From Candidatus Doudnabacteria bacterium RIFCSPHIGHO2_01_FULL_46_14 (GTDB lineage: Bacteria > Patescibacteriota > Doudnabacteria > UBA920 > 2-01-FULL-46-14): a stretch of DNA of 64,000 bases. Positions within the stretch are counted from its first letter, which is position 1; every line of letters starts with the position of its first letter. The stretch is from contig MFEK01000007.1 in assembly GCA_001779925.1 (NCBI GenBank), positions 4,108 through 68,107 on the forward strand, written 5' to 3'. This document shows positions 46,328 through 54,676 of this stretch, piece after piece. The notes below the pieces were generated by a model. The model had not been told where the DNA came from. It made no database searches and saw only the letters and a list, made by a program, of their open reading frames with translations. The translations under genes and the position numbers were made by a program.

Positions 46328-47341
46328 TTAGTATTTGCTCTTTCCGGTGTTAACAATGAGAATTTTCTTACCTCGCGGCAGCATTCTTTGCAGCTGCAGC
46401 AAAAGGGCCAATCCCGCAATCCCTGAGGGCTCGCAATTGACGTTATTGCGGCTGGCCAGAGCCAGAGCTTTGTCGAGGAAATTCTCTTTTAGCTGGTAAA
46501 TGCGGCTTTTTGCGCCAATTAAGCCGCTGTAAATATAATACTTTATCCACTGCTCGGAATAGTTGGCAAAAGGAAGAAACGGAGCATAAAGCTTATCAGC
46601 CTTGCTCTTCGGATCACTGGTAGTTGCGCCCAAGAAAGAGCAATCCCTCAGAGTTTTTTTGTTGCCTTTGAACCTCGGGTCGCGGGCTCCGTACTGGAGC
46701 TCTTTCTTTACGATGTTTAAAAGATTTTCATAGAGCTGTCCGGTACCAAATGGTAAAAACACGTAATTAGCGTCACTATTGATAATCTCGTAGCTCATCC
46801 AGTCATAAAACCTGACAGTAGGATCATAAGCTTCATTAGAGGTAATATCAAATCCTTTCGGATTCCTGGTGAGGCGCAAAATATCTTGCCAATCAAAAAC
46901 TTTTCGTCTTAAGGTCTCTAAAAAAATCCGGCAACCGATTTTTTTTAGACTGCTGACTACTTTCGAATCAGTCCGTGAATCCATGAGCACCAGCAAATCA
47001 GGCAGATGGTATTGTCTAAGCTTGGTTTGGATAGCAAGAGCTGCAGAGCCAGAGCTCAAAATCGACAAATGCGGGAGTTTGTTTATTAAACCTTTCTTTT
47101 TGGCGAGTAAAAATTCGCGGTAAGTAACTACCATCTCCCAGGCCATGCGGTCCTTGTGCGTGCCCGTCAGATTTACACTTTCGTCTTTCAGCCAAACATT
47201 GGAAAAACCCTGCACATTGATTTGGTAGGTCGGCGTAGCAGGAAACCTCGGGTTTTCCGGAGGAAACTCTGGCCGGTTCGGATCATTCTCGGAAGCAACC
47301 AGGATAGATTTTAATATTTTTTCTTCTGCTTTGCTGAGCAT
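46328..47341 (-). CDS. PLP-dependent enzyme, fold-type II (Trp-synthase beta / threonine synthase-like)
   Basis: LKDESVNLTGTHKDRMA with the lysine in the THKDR context; glycine-rich loop FGTGQ. Confidence 0.55.
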   Translation of the reverse strand: MLSKAEEKILKSILVASENDPNRPEFPPENPRFPATPTYQINVQGFSNVWLKDESVNLTGTHKDRMAWEMVVTYREFLLAKKKGLINKLPHLSILSSGSAALAIQTKLRQYHLPDLLVLMDSRTDSKVVSSLKKIGCRIFLETLRRKVFDWQDILRLTRNPKGFDITSNEAYDPTVRFYDWMSYEIINSDANYVFLPFGTGQLYENLLNIVKKELQYGARDPRFKGNKKTLRDCSFLGATTSDPKSKADKLYAPFLPFANYSEQWIKYYIYSGLIGAKSRIYQLKENFLDKALALASRNNVNCEPSGIAGLALLLQLQRMLPRGKKILIVNTGKSKY

Positions 47342-47366
47342 CTATTGTTTACCAATATTATCCGTC

Positions 47367-47456
47367 TGGCGGAGGAGGTGGGATTCGAACCCACGAGACC
47401 CCTGACGGGGTCGCAGATTAGCAATCTGCTGGTTTAAGCCGCTTACCTACTCCTCC
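47367..47456 (-). tRNA. tRNA-Ser (anticodon GCU), class II
   Basis: GGAGGAGTAGGTAAGCGGCTTAAACC...GCAGATTGCTAATCTGC...long variable arm...GGTTCGAATCCCACCTCCTCCGCCA. Confidence 0.8.
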
Positions 47457-47474
47457 GCTAGAAGGACAATCAAT

Positions 47475-47942
47475 TTAAAATTTGAGTGTTCGGGAGATTT
47501 TGTCGGAGATTCGCTCTTCCCGGTCCAAATCCTCCGGAAGATAGTCTAGCAGGAAATCGCGCACCTCGGAAGGATTCTGGTCTTCAAGCTGGAGGGTCAG
47601 AAAACGGTTCAAATACGCGGAAGTTTCGAAATTCACCGTCTTTATATCCGGCGGTTCATACACCAACCAGAAAGTTTTGACTTGCTGATAAGGAATATGT
47701 GAATCATTCATGGTTACGCCGCGCGGCCCTAGAATGATGCGCATCTGACGAGGCTTGGCGCGGGAAAAAAAGAATGCCATGAGAAAGAGCAAGATAAACA
47801 TCATTGCCGTGAGAAAATCCTTTTTAAAGAAAAAGTACCCCACTAGAAGCGCGCCAAAAATACCAAGTACCAGATACCATTTTGGGCCTTTTGGGTAGTG
47901 GATGAATTCCGGTGCTGACCAAATTATCTCTTTCTTTTCCAT
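47475..47942 (-). CDS. Hypothetical membrane protein
   Basis: 155 aa, two TM helices. Confidence 0.35.
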   Translation of the reverse strand: MEKKEIIWSAPEFIHYPKGPKWYLVLGIFGALLVGYFFFKKDFLTAMMFILLFLMAFFFSRAKPRQMRIILGPRGVTMNDSHIPYQQVKTFWLVYEPPDIKTVNFETSAYLNRFLTLQLEDQNPSEVRDFLLDYLPEDLDREERISDKISRTLKF

Positions 47943-47985
47943 AACCTTATTTTATCATATAATTAATAGTGCTACGAGGTGGGGT

Positions 47986-48023
47986 CGCATAGCGGTTTAG
48001 TGCACCAGTCTTGTCAGCCCAAG
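47986..48023 (+). pseudogene. Duplicated 5' half of tRNA-Ser(UGA): acceptor, D-arm and anticodon stem up to CUUG
   Basis: GGTGGGGTCGCATAGCGGTTTAGTGCACCAGTCTTG versus the intact gene at 48302 (GGTGGGGTCGCATAGTGGTCGAGTGCACCAGTCTTG): 32/36 identical. Confidence 0.6.
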
Positions 48024-48028
48024 GCTGA

Positions 48029-48316
48029 TCCGCCCCGGGCGGAAAAACCAAAAACTATACGCATTATGTTTACATACTAAAAAGTGAAAAAACGGGAAAA
48101 CTCTACAAAGGCAGCACGGATGATTTGAGGAAAAGAATACTTAACCACAATGCTCGCAAAGTAAATTCCACAAAAGGCGGGACACCATGGAAATTGATAT
48201 ACTATGAAGCATTTATCTCAAAAATGGACGCAAGGAGAGAGGAGCTATTTTTAAAAAGCGGAAAGGGTCGCGAGAGAATTAAGTGGCTATTTAATCAAAA
48301 TGGTGGGGTCGCATAG
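48029..48316 (+). pseudogene. GIY-YIG endonuclease-domain ORF with no in-frame ATG/GTG/TTG before the GIY motif (possibly degenerate)
   Basis: Frame reads ...HYVYILKSEKTGKLYKGSTDDLRKRILNHNARK...GTPWKLIYYEAFISKMDARREELFLKSGKGRERIKW. The GIY...YKG, R, E, N core is intact. An in-frame TGA lies at 48026; the first candidate start (TTG 48125) is after the GIY motif; the stop lies inside the downstream tRNA. Confidence 0.55.
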
Positions 48317-48391
48317 TGGTCGAGTGCACCAGTCTTGAAAACTGGAACGGGTGAAAGCCCGTCGAGGGTTCGAATCCCTCCCCCACCGCCA
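48302..48391 (+). tRNA. tRNA-Ser (anticodon UGA), class II
   Basis: GGTGGGGTCGCATAGTGGTCGAGTGCACCAGTCTTGAAAACTGG...ACGGGTGAAAGCCCGTC...GGTTCGAATCCCTCCCCCACCGCCA. Confidence 0.85.
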
Positions 48392-48399
48392 TAGAAAGT

Positions 48400-48480
48400 T
48401 CAAAATGTAAATATCAAAATGTAAAATGACAGTGTTTAAATTTTAAAATTTTTAATTGTCATTTCGATTTTTACACTTTG
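48400..48480. repeat. AT-rich palindromic intergenic element, copy 2 (upstream of recG)
   Basis: aaaatgtaaatatcaaaatgtaaaatgacagtgtttaaattttaaaatttttaattgtcatttcga. Confidence 0.7.
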
Positions 48481-50612
48481 CATTTTACATTATCATGTTA
48501 TCAATAAATGATTCTGTCTCCAAACTCCACCTTGTTAAACCTGAGCACCTTGAGGCCTTATCCAAGCTTGGCATTAAAACCGTAAAAGATTTACTGTATC
48601 ATTTTCCCCGGGACTGGCAGGATCTTTCGGAAATTAAAAAGATTTCCGAGATACGGCCAGGGGAAAAGATCAGCATCAAGGCTCGAGTTAAACATCTGAG
48701 CATTCCTGGCTTTCCTTTTCGCAGGGTCAAGATCACGGAAGCCCTGCTCGAGGATGAAACCGGAAATGTGGTCGCGATCTGGTTTAACCAGCCGTACATA
48801 AAAAATTCGCTTCGCTTGGGAAATGAATATTATTTCAGCGGCAAGGGTCAGATTTACGCCACAAAAAAACAGCAAACCCTCCAGCTGACGCATCCCACAT
48901 TTGAGATGGTACGCGAGGAAACAATTCATGTTGCCGGTCTTATCCCTGATTACCCGCTCACAGAAGGTATAACCCAAAAACAAGTCCGCTATTGGCTTAA
49001 ACAAGCTCTGGAATCTTTGCCGCAGCTCATAGAGATCCTGCCGGAAAAGTTGAAGAAAAAAATGAAGCTTATCGGGCACACGGAGGCAATAAAAAATCTA
49101 CATTTCCCTGATGATGCAGCCCATCTCAAAAAAGCAAAAAACCGCCTAGCTTTTGAGGAGTTATTTCTGTTTCAGCTGGCTTTCCAAAGCTATAAAAAAA
49201 CGTTAAAGTGCCTGCCGGCACCGGCAATCCAATTCGACAAAAATCTGGTAAGCCAATTCGTCGAGAAACTTTCGTTTCAGCTCACTGCCTCCCAGCGCCT
49301 CTCTGCCTGGGAAATCCTCAGCGACATGGCAAAGCCCCACCCTATGAACCGGCTCCTGGAAGGAGAGGTCGGCTCCGGGAAAACCGTAGTCGCCGGACTG
49401 GCTATGCTGGAAACGGCTACGGCCGGCTATCAATCGATATTGCTGGCACCGACGGAGATTTTGGCCTGGCAGCATTACCAAACCCTGGAAAAGCTTTTTG
49501 CGCATACTGGCATTAAGATTGCTTTGCAAACACGAAGTCATAAAATTGGGGAGATTAGGGAAATAAGGGAAGGCACGATCAAAATAATTGCAGGAACTCA
49601 TGCCCTTCTCCAAGAGCGGATCAGTTTCCATAAAATCGGTCTTTTAGTAATCGATGAACAGCACCGGTTTGGCATCAAACAGCGGCAAGCATTGCTTCGC
49701 GGACAAGCCGAGTTAGTTCCTCACCTATTAAGTATGACTGCGACCCCGATCCCGCGCACGCTCGCTCTGGCATTTTACGGAGACCTGGATATATCAAAGC
49801 TGAAGGAACTGCCCTCGGGAAGAAAAAAAGTCATCACGAAATTGGCATCGCCTGAGAATCGCGTGCTCGCCTACGAAGTTGTCAGAAAGGAATTGCAAAG
49901 AGGCCGACAGGCTTATGTGATCGTGCCGCTTGTCGGAGAAACAAGCGATTTATCACCCCTCCCTAACCCTCCTCCTCAAGGGGAGGGAAATACAAATGAA
50001 ACAAAATCAGTAATTACAGAGGTCGAAAAATTAAAAAAAATTTTCCCAGAATTCCAGATCGGCCTTCTTCATGGCAAAATGCCCGGCGAGGAAAAGAAAA
50101 AAATCATGCAAGTATTTTCCGCCAAAGGCGGATCCGCAACCGGCGGAAAAGCTCATAAAATAGACATTCTCGTTTCCACGACCGTGGTCGAGGTCGGCGT
50201 AGATGTTCCAAACGCCACGATTATGATCATCGAGAACGCAGAACGGTTCGGCTTGTCGCAGCTGCACCAACTACGCGGTCGGGTTGGAAGATCACACCTG
50301 CAGTCTTTGTGCGTGCTGTTCGCCGGCCTCTATTCCGAAACGACACGGCAGCGCCTGGAAGCAGTCGTGAATAGCAATGACGGATTTGAGCTTGCGGAAA
50401 TTGATTTGAAGATGCGCGGCGCCGGCGAAATACTCGGCACCAAGCAGTCCGGTTTTATTCCCTTCAAAATCGCCTCGCTCAGCGACGAAAAAACAATCGA
50501 ATCAGCAAAAAAAGAAGCCCTGGCTCTTTTGGAGCAGGACCCTGAACTTGAGAATTATCCAATGCTGATGAAAAAGGTTGCGGAGATTTCAAAAGAAGCC
50601 CATCTGGAATGA
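48456..50612 (+). CDS. recG: ATP-dependent DNA helicase RecG with small in-frame repeat insertion
   Basis: Wedge/OB N-domain, helicase motifs GSGKT, DEQHRFG, TATPIPR, QLRGRVGR. A 13-aa insertion SPLPNPPPQGEGN is encoded by the palindromic element at 49954-49988. Confidence 0.9.
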   Translation: MSFRFLHFAFYIIMLSINDSVSKLHLVKPEHLEALSKLGIKTVKDLLYHFPRDWQDLSEIKKISEIRPGEKISIKARVKHLSIPGFPFRRVKITEALLEDETGNVVAIWFNQPYIKNSLRLGNEYYFSGKGQIYATKKQQTLQLTHPTFEMVREETIHVAGLIPDYPLTEGITQKQVRYWLKQALESLPQLIEILPEKLKKKMKLIGHTEAIKNLHFPDDAAHLKKAKNRLAFEELFLFQLAFQSYKKTLKCLPAPAIQFDKNLVSQFVEKLSFQLTASQRLSAWEILSDMAKPHPMNRLLEGEVGSGKTVVAGLAMLETATAGYQSILLAPTEILAWQHYQTLEKLFAHTGIKIALQTRSHKIGEIREIREGTIKIIAGTHALLQERISFHKIGLLVIDEQHRFGIKQRQALLRGQAELVPHLLSMTATPIPRTLALAFYGDLDISKLKELPSGRKKVITKLASPENRVLAYEVVRKELQRGRQAYVIVPLVGETSDLSPLPNPPPQGEGNTNETKSVITEVEKLKKIFPEFQIGLLHGKMPGEEKKKIMQVFSAKGGSATGGKAHKIDILVSTTVVEVGVDVPNATIMIIENAERFGLSQLHQLRGRVGRSHLQSLCVLFAGLYSETTRQRLEAVVNSNDGFELAEIDLKMRGAGEILGTKQSGFIPFKIASLSDEKTIESAKKEALALLEQDPELENYPMLMKKVAEISKEAHLE
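49954..49988. repeat. GC-rich palindromic hairpin (family A) inside recG, in frame
   Basis: cacccctccctaaccctcctcctcaaggggaggg. Confidence 0.8.
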
Positions 50613-50616
50613 GTCT

Positions 50617-50765
50617 TTTCCCCTCCCTTGATGGGAGGGGTAAGGGAAGGGTGAAATTTAATTATGCCACCCCCCACCTATAACCTCCCCCATCGAGCCT
50701 ACCCCAAAACCGAGTACGCTTTTCGGAGACCCCGGCAAGGGGGAGGAACTAAATTCAGGGGGATA
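50617..50765. repeat. GC-rich composite palindromic element cluster (family A), intergenic
   Basis: cccctcccttgatgggaggggtaagggaagggtgaaa...caccccccacctataacctcccccatcgagcctaccccaaaaccgagtacgcttttcggagaccccggcaagggggaggaa; 80-nt core about 90% identical to the guaA insertion. Confidence 0.85.
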
Positions 50766-51766
50766 ATTCCAAAGAATACAAATTACCCGCGCCGTCAATA
50801 TAAAAGAGGATGTCCTTGAATGGATGCAAAAACGCGTCGCGGACAGGACCGCCGGGAAAACTGCCCCAGTCTTTGACATCGCCGGTTCTGGTATTTTCTT
50901 CTTTCAGCAAACCATTGGTCGCGAATATCACACCGCCGCTATCCCTGCTCCATATCGCAAAATCGGTACTGGCGATGCTAAAATCCTTTCTCTGCTTGGT
51001 GGCAAAATCATAGAACCAAAATACCAAAACCCCTGCCTTGTTTTCGCTGACCAAAAGCTTGCTACCGTCCGGAGAAAACCGAGTATTTTCATACCTGCCG
51101 TTATCCGCAATATTGCTGAATGTTGACGCGGCCAGATCAACATGAATCAAAGGCGAGGTTGTGGCGTTTGCAAACATCACAAGCTCCAGCTTGCGCGGAT
51201 GCGCGACAAGTCGATAGTCGGACCGGAACAGGTCGCCGATTTTGGCAAAATTACTGCTGTTGATATCAGAAATTTTCAGTTCGTGATTATCGCCTATTAC
51301 CCAATCATAGGCAATTCTGGCATCGCCGGCGAGGATAACCGGCTCGCGAATATTGTCCGGATACTGCGAAAGCTGTTTATCACTGGCGCGAACATAAGTG
51401 TAGCGAAGGTGTCCGTCAATATTTTGCGCAACGATGAAATCACTGCCTTTTTCCTGCCATTGTACGTCCGAGGGATTTTTTATGGTTTCCGGAAGGATAA
51501 ACTCTTCGCGTGCTCCAGATTCAAGATTTACGCTAAGGATTTTACCATCCAGAGTCAGGTACCATACCCGCTCTCCGTTGAATGAAGGAACAGCCGAGAC
51601 AACCTCTTGGGCTAGTATTTTTTGGGCAGGGTTCTCGTCAGAAACAGTATTCTCAGGCGCAGGAACCGGTACGGTATCGCGATTGCGGCGAATATAAAGA
51701 AAACCGAGACTCAATATCAGCAGTATAGTGAGAATGACCGTGGTGATTATAAAAATTTTTCTCATT
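50755..51766 (-). CDS. Hypothetical membrane-anchored protein, possible beta-propeller repeats (start MRKIFII)
   Basis: N-terminal TM then repetitive beta-rich sequence. Flanked on both sides by family A elements; the ORF-track N-terminal extension into the repeat was trimmed. Confidence 0.4.
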
Positions 51767-51783
51767 GTACATCTCCTGTCTTT

Positions 51784-51866
51784 TCCCCTCCCTTGATGGG
51801 AGGGGTTGGGGGAGGGTGATAAATTAGACAGTTCACCCCACCTTACCTCCCCCCTCAAAGAGGGAA
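51784..51866. repeat. GC-rich palindromic element cluster (family A), intergenic
   Basis: cccctcccttgatgggaggggttgggggagggtgataaa...caccccaccttacctcccccctcaaagaggg. Confidence 0.8.
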
Positions 51867-51914
51867 GAACTAAAACAATATTGGGAATTATATACAAAGC
51901 TACCCTAAAGTAAA

Positions 51915-52148
51915 TTACTCTGTTGCTGGTGGGGCATACTTAAAAATATAAGTCCGCTTTACCGCCGCCGCACAAGCCTTACGGCCTTCCTCATTAAAAT
52001 CAGAACTAGAGCAATACCTAATACTGTTTATCACTTCCAAATTATGCTTTTGAATCCCGATATACAGATTAAATCCAAACAACAAAATAGACAGCCCAAA
52101 GAATACCAGTAGTGTAAACCTGAACCAATTTTCTTTAATAAATCTCAT
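51915..52148 (-). CDS. Small membrane protein (77 aa, MRFIKENWFRF...)
   Basis: The upstream part of the 135-aa ORF-track ORF is occupied by a tRNA gene, so the start was moved to the internal Met with a TM helix. Confidence 0.3.
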   Translation of the reverse strand: MRFIKENWFRFTLLVFFGLSILLFGFNLYIGIQKHNLEVINSIRYCSSSDFNEEGRKACAAAVKRTYIFKYAPPATE

Positions 52149-52233
52149 AACTCTTGACAATCCTGTGGATACTTGATAATATATTCTTTCGTTCTTTGTT
52201 ATACTAACTTTAGCAGTTTTTGAAATAATGGCC

Positions 52234-52318
52234 AGCCTCGCACGGGATTCGAACCCGTATGTCCGCCACGGACGATAGTTTTCTAAACTATTGCGTATAC
52301 CAGTTCCGCCAGCGAGGC
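52234..52318 (-). tRNA. Class II tRNA (Leu-like body) with unusual anticodon loop UUAGAAA (reads as AGA), T discriminator, no encoded CCA
   Basis: GCCTCGCTGGCGGAACTGGTATACGCAATAGTTTAGAAAACTATCGTCCGTGGCGGACATACGGGTTCGAATCCCGTGCGAGGCT. Perfect 7-bp acceptor, D-arm like tRNA-Leu, long variable hairpin, canonical T-arm. Confidence 0.5.
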
Positions 52319-52405
52319 ACAAAGCCGCTCAAAGTGCAGATTAGGATTTAACGATAAAGTTCCAACGAGTCCTTTCTTCCTAATCTGCGCCCTGGGCGGC
52401 TTTTA

Positions 52406-53158
52406 TTATGCGTCAGTAGTATCAGGTGGTCGAGGAGATTTTTTGGATAAATAGTCTTCAGCTACGGCTTTCAAGTCTTTTAATGCTTGACGATATTTGG
52501 CACTCAATTCGTCATCAAAATTTGTATCGCTTTGAAAATCAGGCGGCACAAGCAAGGTAAATTTTCCATCTACGATTTTAATCGGAAATAAACCAGATGG
52601 CGTATGCGGCTGATTATGAATAACATTCGGAGTTTTGGTTGAACTTTCTGTCCGTGCCTTTTTTTCTGCCCTCGGCTGTCGTATTCTGGAAACTACCGAT
52701 CCCTCCTCTTTTAATCCTGCATATTCCAACAACCGATTAAATACGGGAATTGCTGTTCTGACTAATCGCCCCGAAAGGCCATATTGCGCTATGAACTCAT
52801 TGTTAAGATCGTCGGGCGATAAATCCTGCGGTGCTTCAACTACGCTAAATAGTTTGTGATATGCGGCTCTAACGATTTTTTCAAACTCTTTTTTGCGAAC
52901 ATCGCCTTTCAATCGCACTTTTTGAAAAAGCTCCGTCGGTTTGCCTTGTTCATCTATTAGTCCCAAAAAGCGCAAAGCATTCACGGCAAGGAGAGCGTCA
53001 GTATCCCCGAATCCATACCCTGTAAAAATGGACTGATTAATTTCAGCGTAATTACGGGTAGAAATTAGCTCAATCGTTTTATCCAGCTTCGCTACGCTGA
53101 AATACGGCGGCTTCATTTGCCTGGGATTTTCAGTTTTGGTGTCTTCTTGGTCGGTCAT
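52406..53158 (-). CDS. Hypothetical protein
   Basis: 250 aa, no recognisable motif; adjacent to the IS element. Confidence 0.35.
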   Translation of the reverse strand: MTDQEDTKTENPRQMKPPYFSVAKLDKTIELISTRNYAEINQSIFTGYGFGDTDALLAVNALRFLGLIDEQGKPTELFQKVRLKGDVRKKEFEKIVRAAYHKLFSVVEAPQDLSPDDLNNEFIAQYGLSGRLVRTAIPVFNRLLEYAGLKEEGSVVSRIRQPRAEKKARTESSTKTPNVIHNQPHTPSGLFPIKIVDGKFTLLVPPDFQSDTNFDDELSAKYRQALKDLKAVAEDYLSKKSPRPPDTTDA

Positions 53159-53409
53159 ATAGATAGAGGGTAATATAATGCGAGGATAAAGTCAAGGGGG
53201 CTGGAGTAGGCTCGTATTACTTTTTTCACTAGATTCAGCATATATCCTAAACTTGAACTTGTCAAATGGTTAAGTCCAAGTGTCATACTTGAATTAGGTA
53301 GAATGTGATAAATTAGTCATTTCTCTGACCGCATAATGGCTTATTTTAGCCAATTATTTATCCACAATTCGGACTTGACAACCCCACAATACTGATATAT
53401 ATTGCATAT

Positions 53410-54333
53410 ATGAACAACATTAAGCCCAAGACACTAATAGACTTCTTAGCCAACTTCAAAGATGAGACTACCTGCCAGAGATACTTTGAGGAGGTTCGCT
53501 TCCGAAACGGCCAGTATTGCGCCCATTGTGGCCATACCACTATCTACCGCTTCAAGGACGGCAAACGCTTTCGCTGTGCCGATTGCCGCAGGGATTTCAC
53601 TATCAAAACCAATACAATCTTTGGTGAAAGCAAAATTCCCCTGCAAAAATGGTTTATAGCCATTTATCTGCTCTCTACATCTAAAAAGGGCATTTCCTCG
53701 GTTCAGCTTGCTAAACAAGTTGGCACTACCCAAAAAACGGCCTGGTTCATGGATCACCGCATAAGGGAGGCCATGAAACAAAACAAAGGCCAGCTATTCG
53801 GGACTGTGGAAGTGGACGAAACCTATATCGGCGGTAAAGAGAAAAATAAGCACTTCAATAAAAGAGCTAAAGGCACGCAAGGCCGAAGCACAGAAACTAA
53901 AACGCCAGTCATGGGTTTAATTCAGCGCGGCGGCAAAGTCAAAGCGTCTGTGTTGGAAAATGTCAGCATGAAAGTTATTGAGCAGAACATCGTTGACCAT
54001 GTAAAGCCAGGCTCAAAAATTTACACTGACGATTTCCTATCATACTCACGAATTAAAAAGCTCTACCCGCACGAAGCCGTAAAGCACGGCAAAGGTGAGT
54101 ATGTCCGGGCAGGCGGTATTCACTCAAACAGCGTGGAAAGTTTCTGGGCGATTTTCAAAAGGGGTTATCATGGCACATACCATAAAATGAGCCGGAAGCA
54201 CTTACAGAGATATGTTGATGAGTTCGTATTTCGCTTCAACGCAAAGGCAGTAGATTTTGGCGAAACCTTTAGCGATATGGTTATGAAAGTATCGGCCAGC
54301 GAAACATTGCGCTACAAGGCTCTAGTAAAGTAA
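53410..54333 (+). mobile_element. IS1595-family transposase gene (N-terminal zinc-ribbon plus DDE domain)
   Basis: FKDETTCQRYFEEVRFRNGQYCAHCGHTTIYRF...RFRCADCRRDFTIKTNTIFGESKIPLQKWFIAIYLLSTSKKGISSVQLAKQVGTTQKTAWFMDHRIREAM, the hallmark IS1595/ISXO2 N-terminus. Terminal inverted repeats not resolved. Confidence 0.8.
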
Positions 54334-54676
54334 AATCTATGTATGAGCAGAAAATCAAAAATTCACGAGCCAATCCCTGTTAGTTTTGACAAAATCCTAA
54401 CTGGTATTGCGGATGAGAAAAAACCTCGTAAGCATAAGGAGCGAAAGCGCAAAGTGCGAGGGTATAAGAAAAAAGCATGAGAAATTGGATTAAAGAAACC
54501 TGGTTCAAAATTATAATCGCCACTTTTCTATTAGTCGTGTGCTATTTTCTTATCTACATTACTTTCAAAGGATTTCCTGTTTGCAATACTGATCCAAAAA
54601 CATCTCTAATTTTAAGACACGGTTGCAAAACTTTTTAAAAGTTTAGGGTAGCTTTGTATATAATTCCCACAATATT

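Noticed and set aside
50658-50879. 73-aa minus-strand ORF and the N-terminal extension of ORF 50755..51897
   Set aside because: Both are read through GC-rich palindromic repeat clusters, whose GGGAGGGG/CCCCTCCC units generate open frames in several directions. The real membrane protein starts at MRKIFII (51766).
51915-52322. 135-aa ORF on the minus strand
   Set aside because: Its first ~60 codons coincide with a class II tRNA gene, so only the distal 77-aa membrane peptide was kept as a low-confidence CDS.
53160-53409. Looked for IS1595 terminal inverted repeats flanking the transposase
   Set aside because: I could not identify convincing matching ends by eye (TTGACAA is shared at both sides but without extended complementarity). 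The boundaries are left unassigned rather than guessed.
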